A stretch of 64,000 nt of DNA from Escherichia phage vB_EcoM_011D4: the sequence record MT478991.1. One strand, given 5' to 3'. A program made the position numbers and the translations under genes. The stretch's first letter is position 1; the number at the start of each line of letters is the position of its first letter. Below are positions 39,024 to 48,924 of this stretch, in pieces. The notes beneath the pieces are model-generated. The model saw only the letters and a program-made list of their open reading frames with translations, was not told the DNA's origin and ran no database searches.

Positions 39024-41024
39024 ATGACTCTATTATCACCGGGTTTCGAAACGAAAGAAACTACTCTCTCCACTACCATTGTGCAATCTGCGACTGGTCG
39101 CGCGGCACTGGTGGGTAAATTCCAATGGGGTCCAGCTTTCCAGATTATTCAAGTAACTAATGAAGTTGAATTAGTTAATAAATTTGGTCAGCCGGATAAT
39201 AACACCGCAGACTATTTCATGAGCGGGGCTAACTTCCTCCAGTACGGTAATGACCTGCGTGTTGTTCGTGTATTGAATAAAGAAAAAGCAAAAAACGCAA
39301 CTGCCCTAGCTGGTAACGTTGAGTTTGAAATCACAAACGAAGGTTCAAACTATGAAGTAGGCGATACCATCAAGATTAAACATAACCGTCAAGATATTGA
39401 AACGGCTGGTAAAGTAACTAAAGTTGATGGTGATGGTAAAGTTAAGGGCGTATTTATCCCAACTGGTAAAATTATCGCTCACGCTAAAGCAATCGGTGTA
39501 TATCCAGAACTTGATGGCGGTTGGACGGCAGAGTTCAATTCTTCGTCAGGTAACGGTAGTGCGGCGCTGTCAGTAACTAAAATTGTTACTGATTCCGGTC
39601 TTCTGTTAACGGATCTGGAAACTTCCCGCGCCAATATCACAAATCAAACTTTCTTGACTAAACTCCAGAAGTATGATATGCCAGCGGTAAGCGCGATCTA
39701 TGCTGGTGAGATTGGCAACTCGCTGGAAGTTGAAATTCTGGCACGTAGTGCGTTTAAGAACACTGCACCGGATCTGACCATGTATCCTTATGGTGGCGAG
39801 CGCACCGCAGCACGCAACCTGATTCCATATGCACCGCAGAATGATAATCAATATGCATTTATTGTTCGTCGCGATGGTGTTGTGGTAGAATCCTATGTAC
39901 TGTCTACTCTGAAAGGGGATAAAGACGTATACGGCAATTCTATCTACATGGACGACTTCTTTGCTCGTGGTTCTAGCCAGTACATCTATGCAACCGCTCA
40001 AGGGTGGGTAGATGGTTTCAGTGGTATTATCTCTCTTGCTGGTGGTGTTTCTGCTAACGAAGCAACGACTGCTGGTGTTGGTGCTGATCCGTTCATCGGT
40101 GCGATGATGCAAGGTTGGGATCTGTTTGCTGAACGAGAATCTATTCACGTAAACCTGTTGATCGCTGGTGCATGTGCTGGCGAAGGCGATGCGTTCTCTA
40201 CCGTACAGAAACATGCTGTTTCCATCGGTGATGAGCGTCAGGATTGCTTAGTAATGGTTTCTCCGCCGCGTAGCACTGTTGTTAATATTCCGGTGACTAC
40301 CGCAATTGATAACCTGATTGCATGGCGCGAAGGTTCAGGAAACTATAATGAAAACAACATGAACATTAATACCACTTACGCTGTTATTGATGGTAACTAC
40401 AAATATCAGTATGACAAATACAACGACGTAAACCGTTGGGTTCCGTTGGCTGCTGATATTGCTGGTTTGTGCGCTCGTACTGATGCTGTATCCCAGCCGT
40501 GGATGAGTCCGGCAGGTTATAACCGTGGTCAGATCATGAACGTGGTTAAACTGGCAATTGAGCCTCGCAAGGCGCACCGCGATCGTCTGTATCAGGCCGC
40601 AATTAACCCGGTAATCGGTGCTGGTGGTGAAGGGTTTATCCTGATGGGTGATAAAACCGCTACGACTGTTCCTAGCCCGTTTGACCGCATTAACGTTCGT
40701 CGTCTGTTTAACATGCTGAAAAAGAATATCGGCGATTCAAGCAAATACAAACTGTTTGAAAACAACGATAACTTTACTCGCGCTTCCTTCCGTATGGAGG
40801 TTTCGCAATATCTCAGCACGATTCGCTCTCTGGGTGGAATTTATGACTTCCGAGTACAATGCGACACCACGAATAACACGCCGGATGTAATTGATCGTAA
40901 CGAATTTGTTGCTAGTATGTTCATCAAACCAGCAAAATCGATCAACTATATCATGCTCAATTTCACTGCTGTTGCAACTGGTTCTGATTTTGACGAAATT
41001 ATCGGTCCAGCTAACCAGGCATAA
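39024..41024 (+). CDS. 18: tail sheath protein gp18
   Basis: 666 aa; position and size match T4 gp18. Confidence 0.9.
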   Translation: MTLLSPGFETKETTLSTTIVQSATGRAALVGKFQWGPAFQIIQVTNEVELVNKFGQPDNNTADYFMSGANFLQYGNDLRVVRVLNKEKAKNATALAGNVEFEITNEGSNYEVGDTIKIKHNRQDIETAGKVTKVDGDGKVKGVFIPTGKIIAHAKAIGVYPELDGGWTAEFNSSSGNGSAALSVTKIVTDSGLLLTDLETSRANITNQTFLTKLQKYDMPAVSAIYAGEIGNSLEVEILARSAFKNTAPDLTMYPYGGERTAARNLIPYAPQNDNQYAFIVRRDGVVVESYVLSTLKGDKDVYGNSIYMDDFFARGSSQYIYATAQGWVDGFSGIISLAGGVSANEATTAGVGADPFIGAMMQGWDLFAERESIHVNLLIAGACAGEGDAFSTVQKHAVSIGDERQDCLVMVSPPRSTVVNIPVTTAIDNLIAWREGSGNYNENNMNINTTYAVIDGNYKYQYDKYNDVNRWVPLAADIAGLCARTDAVSQPWMSPAGYNRGQIMNVVKLAIEPRKAHRDRLYQAAINPVIGAGGEGFILMGDKTATTVPSPFDRINVRRLFNMLKKNIGDSSKYKLFENNDNFTRASFRMEVSQYLSTIRSLGGIYDFRVQCDTTNNTPDVIDRNEFVASMFIKPAKSINYIMLNFTAVATGSDFDEIIGPANQA

Positions 41025-41049
41025 TCAGTAAATTAGCATAGATTAAAAG

Positions 41050-41080
41050 TTAAATCAAGCGGGGAGAAAATCCCCGCTCT
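41050..41080 (+). terminator. hairpin terminator after gene 18
   Basis: agcggggag-aaaa-tccccgct hairpin. Confidence 0.4.
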
Positions 41081-41097
41081 ATTAAGGAATATCAATT

Positions 41098-41592
41098 ATG
41101 GCACTCGATTTGAATGATATTACACGCGGTTTCGAGTCTGGCGATTTTGCTCGTCCTAACCTGTTTGAAGTTGAGATCCCGTATCTGGGGCAAAACTTTA
41201 AGCTGATGTGTAAGGCTGCGACTGTCCCGGCTGCTACCGTAGAAAAAATTGCTATAGGCTATCAAAACCGTAAAATTAACATCGCTGGCGACCGTGTATA
41301 CGACGACTGGACCATCACTGTATTCAACGATGACGCACACAAGATCCGTGATGCTATCGTTGCATGGAGCGATCAGACACACGGCACTGGTTCGGCGATC
41401 ACTGGTGCAACTCCTGCACAATATAAGAAACAAGCTATTGTTCGTCAACTTAACCGTAACACCGAATCAACTAGCGAAAAAACATTGTACGGTATTTTCC
41501 CTACCAACGTTGGTGAAGTAACCCTCGATTGGGAACAAAACAACGAAGTTGAAACGTTTGAAGTTACTTTTGCTATCGATTGGGTAGAATAA
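41098..41592 (+). CDS. 19: tail tube protein gp19
   Basis: 164 aa; FESGDFARPNLFEVEI and QTFEVT motifs closely match T4 gp19 as recalled. Confidence 0.9.
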   Translation: MALDLNDITRGFESGDFARPNLFEVEIPYLGQNFKLMCKAATVPAATVEKIAIGYQNRKINIAGDRVYDDWTITVFNDDAHKIRDAIVAWSDQTHGTGSAITGATPAQYKKQAIVRQLNRNTESTSEKTLYGIFPTNVGEVTLDWEQNNEVETFEVTFAIDWVE

Positions 41593-41599
41593 ATATATT

Positions 41600-41625
41600 A
41601 TCATGCGGGGAGAAGTTCCCCGCCT
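41600..41625 (+). terminator. hairpin terminator after gene 19
   Basis: gcggggagaagttccccgc hairpin followed by a T-rich stretch. Confidence 0.4.
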
Positions 41626-41650
41626 AATTTCTCCCAATTCGAGGTGAATA

Positions 41651-43216
41651 ATGTTTAGTAGATTAAAAATGCTTGCGCGTTGGGCTGATTTTGACAACGA
41701 CAAATACGAAGAACAAATTAAAGATAAAGCAGAGTCTATCGCCGCACCTAAAAACAATGATGGTGCTACGGAAGTAGAAATTAACGATAATTTACCTGCT
41801 AGCGCGTGGAACTCTCTTACCCAGCAATTTTACAGCACCGACCAGAAAATCAGCACAACTAAGCAATTAGTTAACACATATCGCGGTTTGATGAATAACC
41901 ATGAAGTCGAAAACGCTGTACAAAATATCGTTAACGATGCGATTGTATTTGAAGAAGGTCATGAAGTTGTTTCATTAAATCTTGAGGCGACTGGCTTTAG
42001 TGAATCTGTAAAAGAGCGCATTCATGAAGAATTTAAAGATCTTTTAAACACTATCCAGTTTGATAGGCGCGGTCAGGATATGTTCCGTCGCTGGTATGTC
42101 GATTCGCGTATTTTCTTCCATAAAATCATCGGCAAAAATCCAAAAGATGGTATCGTAGAATTACGCCAGCTTGACCCACGAAATCTTGAATATGTTCGCG
42201 AGATCATTACAGAAGACACACCGGAAGGTAAAATTTATAAAGCAACGAAAGAATATTTCATTTACACTGTAGGCAATAGCTCTTATTGCGCAGGTGGTCA
42301 AGTATTCTCTCCTAACAGTCGCGTTAAAATCCCGCGTAGTGCTATTACATACGCTCACAGCGGCTTGATGGATTGCGATGATAAATATATCATTGGTTAT
42401 TTGCATCGGGCGGTTAAGCCAGCAAACCAGCTTAAATTGTTGGAAGACGCAATGGTCGTTTATCGTATCACGCGTGCACCGGAACGCCGAGTGTTCTTTA
42501 TTGATACCGGAAACATGAACAACCGCAAGGCTGCACAGCACATGAACTCAGTGGCACAGTCTTTTAAAAACCGCGTTGTTTATGATGCATCGACTGGTAA
42601 ACTTAAAAACCAGCAAGCAAATCTATCAATGACAGAGGACTACTGGTTACAGCGTCGAGATGGTAAAGCAATCACCGACGTTACTACTTTACCCGGTGCA
42701 TCCGGTATGAGTGATATCGATGATATTCGCTACTTTAACCGTAAATTGTATGAAGCGTTGCGTGTGCCATTGTCACGCAGCAATCTCTCCGATGCTAATA
42801 TGGTGATCGGTGGTGACGGTTCAGAAATTACTCGCGATGAGTTGGAATTTTCGAAATTCATTAGAACTCTGCAATCACAGTTTTCGGAAGTATTGCGCGA
42901 TCCTCTGAAATATAATCTGATTCTCAAAAATGTAATTACGGAAGACGATTGGGATCGTGAAATAAATAATATCAAGGTGGTTTTCCATCGGGACTCTTAC
43001 TATACAGAAGTTAAAGACGCGGAAATTTTAGAACGTCGAATCGGTCTAATCGAACGTATTACACCTTACATTGGTAAATATTTCTCTAACCAGACAGTGA
43101 TGCGTGACATTCTGAAATATACCGATGACCAGATGGACACCGAGAAGAAACAGATCGAAGAAGAAGCGAACGATCCGCGCTTTAAACAAACTCCCGATGA
43201 AATAGAGGATTTTTAA
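41651..43216 (+). CDS. 20: portal vertex protein gp20
   Basis: 521 aa; position and size match T4 gp20. Confidence 0.9.
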   Translation: MFSRLKMLARWADFDNDKYEEQIKDKAESIAAPKNNDGATEVEINDNLPASAWNSLTQQFYSTDQKISTTKQLVNTYRGLMNNHEVENAVQNIVNDAIVFEEGHEVVSLNLEATGFSESVKERIHEEFKDLLNTIQFDRRGQDMFRRWYVDSRIFFHKIIGKNPKDGIVELRQLDPRNLEYVREIITEDTPEGKIYKATKEYFIYTVGNSSYCAGGQVFSPNSRVKIPRSAITYAHSGLMDCDDKYIIGYLHRAVKPANQLKLLEDAMVVYRITRAPERRVFFIDTGNMNNRKAAQHMNSVAQSFKNRVVYDASTGKLKNQQANLSMTEDYWLQRRDGKAITDVTTLPGASGMSDIDDIRYFNRKLYEALRVPLSRSNLSDANMVIGGDGSEITRDELEFSKFIRTLQSQFSEVLRDPLKYNLILKNVITEDDWDREINNIKVVFHRDSYYTEVKDAEILERRIGLIERITPYIGKYFSNQTVMRDILKYTDDQMDTEKKQIEEEANDPRFKQTPDEIEDF

Positions 43217-43459
43217 ATGAAACAATTTATCGAAGCAATTAAAACTCGCGATCTAACGCTGATCGAAAAAGAATTTGATAAGATCATGGAGGCTAAAAAA
43301 GCCCAGATCATCGAATCCCAGCGTGTCGAAATCGCATCCAGTATCATGATCGAAGGTGAAGAAGAAAAAGACCGCGATGATGAAGAAGATATGGAAGATG
43401 AGGACGACGAAGACGAAGATCGCAAAGACGATAAAAAAGACAAAGAAGACGACGAATAA
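43217..43459 (+). CDS. 67: prohead core protein gp67
   Basis: 80 aa with highly acidic C-terminus, same size and position as T4 gp67. Confidence 0.7.
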   Translation: MKQFIEAIKTRDLTLIEKEFDKIMEAKKAQIIESQRVEIASSIMIEGEEEKDRDDEEDMEDEDDEDEDRKDDKKDKEDDE

Positions 43460-43471
43460 TAGGAAGCCAAC

Positions 43472-43879
43472 ATGATTAAAGATTTTACTCCTAAAGCTGA
43501 CTTAGAAACTTTTCTGCCGGAAGCACAGGAAAAATTGGACATGTTGGCTATGTTTGAGTCAGAAGAACTATTGAAAATCGTTGAAGGTATCTCCGAGGAT
43601 GAGCCGGAACTGGCGGTAGCAATGCTGTCTATCATCGACGGAATTACTGTAAATGAAGCAATGGTTAAACATGTAAACGCACGCGGGGAAGTTGCACGTA
43701 AGAAAGATCGCAAAACCCGTGAGCGTAATGCTTACATGACTACTGGCCTAAGCAAAGCTAAACGCCGTCAAATTGCCCGTCGTGCTGCAAAAACCAAACG
43801 TGCAAATCCATCTATCGAACGTCATGCGGAACGTAAGCGCAAAAAAGCAATGCGTAAACGTAAGGCGTTAGGATTATAA
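43472..43879 (+). CDS. 68: prohead core protein gp68
   Basis: 135 aa, basic C-terminus; position between 67 and 21. Confidence 0.7.
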   Translation: MIKDFTPKADLETFLPEAQEKLDMLAMFESEELLKIVEGISEDEPELAVAMLSIIDGITVNEAMVKHVNARGEVARKKDRKTRERNAYMTTGLSKAKRRQIARRAAKTKRANPSIERHAERKRKKAMRKRKALGL

Positions 43880-43890
43880 CAGGAAACAAC

Positions 43891-44586
43891 ATGGAAAAGA
43901 ACGAATTACTGATCGAACAATGGGGCGTTCCTTGTGCTCGCGGTAGTTCGTCATTGCTTGAATCATTTGATGATAAGGCTACAGGAAATCTCTATATTCA
44001 AGGGATTTTCCTGCAAGCCGAAACAGTAAACCGCAATAAACGCTGGTATCCTCGCAGTGTTCTAGAAAATGCGGTTACTAAATACATACATGAACAAGTT
44101 GAGACACATCAAGCTCTAGGCGAACTTAATCACCCAACAAGAGCAATGCCAGATCCATCTAATGCTTGCATCATAATTGAAAAATTATGGTGGGAAGGTA
44201 ATAACGTGATGGGTAAAGCCCGTGTTATTGAAGGGGATAAAGGCGCAGGTGATAAACTTGCTGCACTGATTCGCGCTGGCTGGATTCCTGGCGTTTCCTC
44301 CCGTGGGTTGGGTCGGTTGAAAGACTCTGGTCGCGGATACAATATTGTACAGGAAGGTTTTGTGTTGACGGTTGGTGTTGATGTTGTTTGGGGTCCGAGC
44401 GCACCAGATGCGTGGGTAACTCCTGTGGTTGAGTCAACGGATAGCGATTCTAGCGCGTCAGACGCACCAGAAAGCGATAAAACCGAAAAAGTGACTAACC
44501 CTACAGCCCCACAACAAAACATCGTAGAATCGAATAATAGCGCGTTTATGGCGCTCGCAGAAGCGTTATCTAAACGCTATAAATAA
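43891..44586 (+). CDS. 21: prohead core protease gp21
   Basis: 231 aa; LLIEQWG, GELNHP, ARVIEGD, IRAGWIPGVSSRGLG, VWGPSAPDAWVTP resemble T4 gp21 as recalled. Confidence 0.85.
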   Translation: MEKNELLIEQWGVPCARGSSSLLESFDDKATGNLYIQGIFLQAETVNRNKRWYPRSVLENAVTKYIHEQVETHQALGELNHPTRAMPDPSNACIIIEKLWWEGNNVMGKARVIEGDKGAGDKLAALIRAGWIPGVSSRGLGRLKDSGRGYNIVQEGFVLTVGVDVVWGPSAPDAWVTPVVESTDSDSSASDAPESDKTEKVTNPTAPQQNIVESNNSAFMALAEALSKRYK

Positions 44587-44617
44587 TAACGTCGTTATCA
44601 ACAAGAAGGTTATAACC

Positions 44618-45412
44618 ATGCTTAAAGAAATGCTGCTCGAAGAAGCAAAACAGATCACCGTAGACGTTGCTCTCGATGACCTGTTTGAATCCGTCGAACT
44701 GTCGCCGGAAGTAAAAGAAAATTTTGGTGCTATCTACGCTCAGGCGGTAAAAGCTAATGCTGTTGCTCTGGCAGAAAGCCACATTGAAAAAATCGCCGCT
44801 AAAGCCGATGAACTGGTAGAATCAAAGGTCGAAGAAGCACGCACCGAGATTGAAACCAAACTGTACGAAGATGCAGATAAATTCCTGAATCACTTAGGCG
44901 CTAAATGGCTGGCAGAAAATAAAGAAGCCGTCACCCGTAATATTAAAGCGGATCTGTGTGAATCCCTGATTGGTTCTCTGAAAGATGTTTTCGTTACTCA
45001 CAATGTTGTAGTACCGGAAGAATCTGTAGACGTTGTTGCTGAACTTGACGAAGCACTCAAAGAAGAAAAAGAAAAAACCTCTGAACTCTTTGATGCCAAA
45101 CTGCAACTTGAAAGCGAAATTCGTGGCATGAAGCGCGAACAAGCGATCAATGAAAGCACTCGTGATCTTTCCGATACTCAGAAAGAAAAAGTAACCGCGC
45201 TGATTGAAGGTCTGGAATATAGCGAAACTTTCGATAAGAAATTAACTGCAATTGTCGAAATGGTTGCTAAGAAAGAAGACAAACAAGCGAAGATTGAAGA
45301 ATCACTAAATACTGATGCCGACAAGCTGAATGTTATTGCAGAAAATGTCGAAAAATCAGATAAAAAGGCAACTGTAGATTCCGGCGTATCCCGCTACCTG
45401 AATTTCATCTAA
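44618..45412 (+). CDS. 22: prohead scaffolding core protein gp22
   Basis: 264 aa, acidic alpha-helical; position between 21 and 23. Confidence 0.8.
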   Translation: MLKEMLLEEAKQITVDVALDDLFESVELSPEVKENFGAIYAQAVKANAVALAESHIEKIAAKADELVESKVEEARTEIETKLYEDADKFLNHLGAKWLAENKEAVTRNIKADLCESLIGSLKDVFVTHNVVVPEESVDVVAELDEALKEEKEKTSELFDAKLQLESEIRGMKREQAINESTRDLSDTQKEKVTALIEGLEYSETFDKKLTAIVEMVAKKEDKQAKIEESLNTDADKLNVIAENVEKSDKKATVDSGVSRYLNFI

Positions 45413-45430
45413 TGTAATTCAAATCTACTT

Positions 45431-45438
45431 TATAAATA
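45431..45438 (+). promoter_or_regulatory. T4-type late promoter TATAAATA
   Basis: exact TATAAATA about 34 nt upstream of gene 23. Confidence 0.6.
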
Positions 45439-45471
45439 CTTTAGGTTAACAACAAACAAGGTTTAAAGAAC

Positions 45472-47055
45472 ATGAAAACTACCAAAGAACTGATGGAAAA
45501 ATGGTCCCCGCTGCTGGAGAACGAAAAACTGCCGGAAATCGCAACTGCGTCTAAGCAGAAACTGGTTGCTAAAATTCTGGAATCTCAGGAAGCGGATTTT
45601 GCTGTAGACCCGATCTATAAGGATGAAAAAGTTGTTGAAGCATTCGGTGGCTTTATCGCAGAAGCCGAAGTTGCTGGCGACCACGGTTATGACGCATCTA
45701 ATATCGCGGCTGGTCAGACTACCGGTGCAATCACCAACGTAGGTCCGGCTGTTATCGGTATGGTTCGCCGTGCTATCCCTAACCTGATCGCATTTGATAT
45801 TTGTGGTGTTCAGCCGATGAGCACTCCGACTAGCCAGATCTTTGCAATCCGTTCTGTATACGGTGGCGACCCGCTGGCAAGTAATGCTCGTGAAGCATTC
45901 CATCCGATGTATGCGCCTGATGCTTTCCATAGCTCTCTTGCTGCTAAAGGTGCAACCACAAGCTCTCCGGCTGGTACTCCGTTTAGCAAACTGACTGCTA
46001 GCCAGGCTATCAATACGGGTGATATCGTATATCACGTATTCGAACAGACTGGTATTGCATATCTGCAAAACGTAACATCTGGCACTGTAACTCCTACTCA
46101 GGATGGCGATACCCTCGATGAATGCGTAATGAAACTGATCGAAAAAGGTGATCTGGCAGAAATCGCAGAAGGTATGGCTACTTCCATCGCTGAATTGCAG
46201 CAAGGGTTTAATGGTTCTCAGAATAACCCGTGGAACGAAATGTCAATGCGTATTGACAAACAGGTTGTTGAAGCGAAATCTCGCCAATTGAAAGCCCGTT
46301 ACTCTATCGAAGTTGCGCAGGATCTGCGTGCTGTACACGGTATGGACGCTGACGCTGAACTGAATGCGATCCTGGCTAACGAAGTTCTGCTTGAAATCAA
46401 CCGTGAAATCGTTGATGTAATCAACTTTACCGCTCAGGTTGGTAAAACTGGTATGACTCAGACCGTTGGTTCTAAAGCTGGTGTATTTGACCTGCAAGAC
46501 CCGATCGATACTCGCGGTGCTCGTTGGGCTGGTGAATCCTTCAAATCTCTGATCTACCAGATCGACAAAGAAGCTGCGGAAATCGCTCGTCAGACTGGTC
46601 GCGGTGCTGGTAACTTTATTATCGCTTCCCGTAACGTTGTAAACATTCTGGCTTCTGCTGATCAGGGTATCAGTCTTGCTATGCAGGGTGCTGCACAGGG
46701 TCTGAATACCGACACCACTAAAGCTGTTTTCGCTGGTGTTCTGGCTGGTAAGTACAAAGTATTCATCGACCAGTATGCTCGTCAGGACTACTTCACCGTA
46801 GGTTACAAAGGCGACAACGAAATGGATGCTGGTATCTACTATGCTCCGTATGTTGCTCTGACTCCGCTGCGTGCAACTGATCCGCAGTCTTTCCACCCGG
46901 TTCTGGGCTTCAAGACTCGCTACGGCATCGGTATTAACCCGTTTGCAGACAGCAAATCCCAGGCACCGTCCGCTCGCATCACCTCCGGTATGTTGAGCAA
47001 AGACAGCGTAGGTAAAAACGCATACTTCCGTCGTGTATGGGTTAAAGGTTGCTAA
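45472..47055 (+). CDS. 23: major capsid protein gp23
   Basis: 527 aa; near-identical blocks to T4 gp23 as recalled (PLLE ... LPEIA, GGDHGY ... NIAAGQT, RRAIPNLIAFDICGVQPM, DAGIYYAPYVALTPLR). Confidence 0.95.
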   Translation: MKTTKELMEKWSPLLENEKLPEIATASKQKLVAKILESQEADFAVDPIYKDEKVVEAFGGFIAEAEVAGDHGYDASNIAAGQTTGAITNVGPAVIGMVRRAIPNLIAFDICGVQPMSTPTSQIFAIRSVYGGDPLASNAREAFHPMYAPDAFHSSLAAKGATTSSPAGTPFSKLTASQAINTGDIVYHVFEQTGIAYLQNVTSGTVTPTQDGDTLDECVMKLIEKGDLAEIAEGMATSIAELQQGFNGSQNNPWNEMSMRIDKQVVEAKSRQLKARYSIEVAQDLRAVHGMDADAELNAILANEVLLEINREIVDVINFTAQVGKTGMTQTVGSKAGVFDLQDPIDTRGARWAGESFKSLIYQIDKEAAEIARQTGRGAGNFIIASRNVVNILASADQGISLAMQGAAQGLNTDTTKAVFAGVLAGKYKVFIDQYARQDYFTVGYKGDNEMDAGIYYAPYVALTPLRATDPQSFHPVLGFKTRYGIGINPFADSKSQAPSARITSGMLSKDSVGKNAYFRRVWVKGC

Positions 47056-47139
47056 TATAAGCCATTCCTGAAAACTCCTGTCGGGTGCAATGCCCGACTT
47101 ATCATAAACCTTATGACAGTGTAAAGTGTTAATTCCAAA

Positions 47140-47168
47140 GGGAAGACTCGAAAGGGTCTTCCCTTTTT
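47140..47168 (+). terminator. rho-independent terminator after gene 23
   Basis: hairpin gggaagac-tcgaaag-gtcttccc followed by ttttt. Confidence 0.6.
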
Positions 47169-47445
47169 GCGTATTATATCAAGTTATAAATAGGGTTGCA
47201 AGCCTATATTCTATTGGGAGCGAAAATAGATACACACAACAAACATTTCCACCAATTTTCGTAGTAACTGCATGACAAAGGGACCAATGAATGAAATGAG
47301 CGTTCATGTTGATATTGGGTCGGATAGATTTGGTAGATATACAGATCTGCCTTGTTATGACATTCCAGCGTGACGCTAGCGGTAATTTTTGGTTTTGGTA
47401 CGCTGTTCCCTGAATTAACCCAAAATTCTCCATAAGGAGGAATGC

Positions 47446-47598
47446 ATGAGTAAGAAAGAAAACAGCTATGTTATGACTCGTAAGGAATACAACGAATTGA
47501 TGTTAGCATTAGCTTATGCAATTATTCGTTCTGATCATGCAATTAATCTGGTAAACAAAGTTAACCGTAGCGTTGATAATGTTTCTAGGAAGAAGTAA
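47446..47598 (+). CDS. hypothetical small protein (50 aa, below ORF-track cutoff)
   Basis: AAGGAGG 6 nt upstream of ATG; followed by a hairpin terminator; occupies the T4 segD position. Confidence 0.35.
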   Translation: MSKKENSYVMTRKEYNELMLALAYAIIRSDHAINLVNKVNRSVDNVSRKK

Positions 47599-47603
47599 GT
47601 TTA

Positions 47604-47632
47604 TTTTTGGAATCCTTCGGATTCCTTTTTCT
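47604..47632 (+). terminator. hairpin terminator (UUCG loop)
   Basis: ggaatcc-ttcg-ggattcc followed by a T-run. Confidence 0.5.
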
Positions 47633-47637
47633 TTTTG

Positions 47638-47645
47638 TATAAATA
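47638..47645 (+). promoter_or_regulatory. T4-type late promoter TATAAATA
   Basis: exact TATAAATA about 38 nt upstream of the likely gene 24 start. Confidence 0.55.
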
Positions 47646-47682
47646 TGATATATCCATTAAGGCAAATACAGGATTCATAAAC

Positions 47683-48924
47683 ATGACTCATATTTTTACT
47701 GAACTGTTGCGGGAATCTACTTCCTCAGTAGCTAACCAGACAGCGCGACCGCAACTATTATCATTAACTCGCGCGGTAAACAACCTGATTTTCTCTGATC
47801 TGGTAGCAATCCAGCCAACGGATCAACCAGTATCTGCATTGTACGGCCTACGTTATCTTAATCGTGATGGTCAGATGACTTTCCGAACTGCTACAACCTA
47901 CGGTGGCGCGGCTGGTGATCGCACAGAGATTGAAGAGTTTTCAAAAGAAAAATCTTATGACGAAGGCGCACTGTTCAAATCAGACAATGTTGTATACGAA
48001 GTTGTGACCGCTGGTACAGTCGGTGCAGATGCCGAAACTCCAGAAGCTGCAATCTTTAAAGGCGTAATGACAAACAAAATTCGTTTCTATAGCGATTGTG
48101 CATCGGTAGAATACTTTGAAGATAAAAACACCGAAATTTCGTCTACCTCTATGCAGTTTGATAAATGGCAGGTTAATGTAGGTTCTCGTAAACTGAAAAC
48201 CTCATTCACGACCGAATTAATGCAGGATCTTGAGGCAAGCCAAATCAACTCTGAAAACTCTGTAATTGATCTTCTGGCTACTGTTGCTTCCGAAGAGATC
48301 AACAAAGATATTATTCAGAAGTTGATCACTGTATCATCTCGCTATAAAATTAAAGGGATCACCCCTGATGGCGTACTTTCTCTCGTTAGCGTTCAGGATG
48401 CACCAACACAAGCGCGTGAACTTTACCGCTATGCTTGCGAAATGAGCAATCAAATGTTGCGGACTTCCTCCTTTGCTGGTACATACGTTTTGGCGTCTTC
48501 TCGCGTGGTTGGCCTCCTGCAATCTACCGGTTGGATGGAAGAAACCGACAATGCTCTAAGTGAAGGTCGTCTGCGTTGCGGTCTGGAAGTGTACGCAGAC
48601 ACGACGACACCTTTCGATTATATGCTCGTTGGTTGTAAGCACATGATCGGTGATATGGAGAGTGTAGGTTCTCTGTTCTACTCCCCATATACAGAAGCCG
48701 ACGGCGCTGGCGCGTATAAGAGCGTAATTGACCCTAATAGCTTCCAGCATCATGTAGCTATTATGAATCGTTATTCACTCTCTGTCAACCCATACACATC
48801 AAAAGTTGATCAGGAAGAACACCAGGTCATCAAGGGTGACGATTGGGGTAAAATGGCTGGACGTTCAGAAATGTCCTACATTTTAGGAATCGAACTGCCA
48901 CCGCTTGAGATTGACAACGCTTAA
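47683..48924 (+). CDS. 24: capsid vertex protein gp24
   Basis: ORF track starts at 47635; the Met of MTHIFTELLRESTSS at 47683 is the likelier start because T4 gp24 begins similarly (ELLRES) and the late promoter lies inside the longer form. Confidence 0.85.
   Translation: MTHIFTELLRESTSSVANQTARPQLLSLTRAVNNLIFSDLVAIQPTDQPVSALYGLRYLNRDGQMTFRTATTYGGAAGDRTEIEEFSKEKSYDEGALFKSDNVVYEVVTAGTVGADAETPEAAIFKGVMTNKIRFYSDCASVEYFEDKNTEISSTSMQFDKWQVNVGSRKLKTSFTTELMQDLEASQINSENSVIDLLATVASEEINKDIIQKLITVSSRYKIKGITPDGVLSLVSVQDAPTQARELYRYACEMSNQMLRTSSFAGTYVLASSRVVGLLQSTGWMEETDNALSEGRLRCGLEVYADTTTPFDYMLVGCKHMIGDMESVGSLFYSPYTEADGAGAYKSVIDPNSFQHHVAIMNRYSLSVNPYTSKVDQEEHQVIKGDDWGKMAGRSEMSYILGIELPPLEIDNA

Noticed and set aside
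39606-40214. 202-aa minus-strand ORF
   Set aside because: Antisense within tail sheath gene 18; an artefact of codon bias in a long open frame.
43217-43460. Acidic repeat in gp67 (DEEDMEDEDDEDEDRKDDKKDKEDDE) as a possible tandem-repeat or CRISPR-like feature
   Set aside because: It is a protein-level acidic tail typical of prohead core proteins, not a spacer-repeat array; no CRISPR-like direct repeats with unique spacers were seen anywhere in the window.
43213-43713. 166-aa Ser-rich minus-strand ORF
   Set aside because: Antisense to genes 67 and 68; the Ser-rich repeat is the mirror of their acidic (GAA/GAT) codon runs.
45463-46203. 246-aa minus-strand ORF
   Set aside because: Lies entirely antisense within the major capsid gene 23, whose identity is very well supported; Cys/Ser-rich low-complexity translation.
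46243-46896. 217-aa minus-strand ORF
   Set aside because: Antisense to gene 23; no ribosome-binding site context; low-complexity Ser/Thr-rich product.
47179-47433. 84-aa minus-strand ORF between genes 23 and 24
   Set aside because: No ribosome-binding site, opposite to the local late transcription direction, and overlaps the gene 23 terminator region.
47635-47682. Upstream start for gene 24 (ORF track start at 47635)
   Set aside because: It would place the TATAAATA late promoter inside the coding sequence; the conserved N-terminus begins at the Met at 47683.
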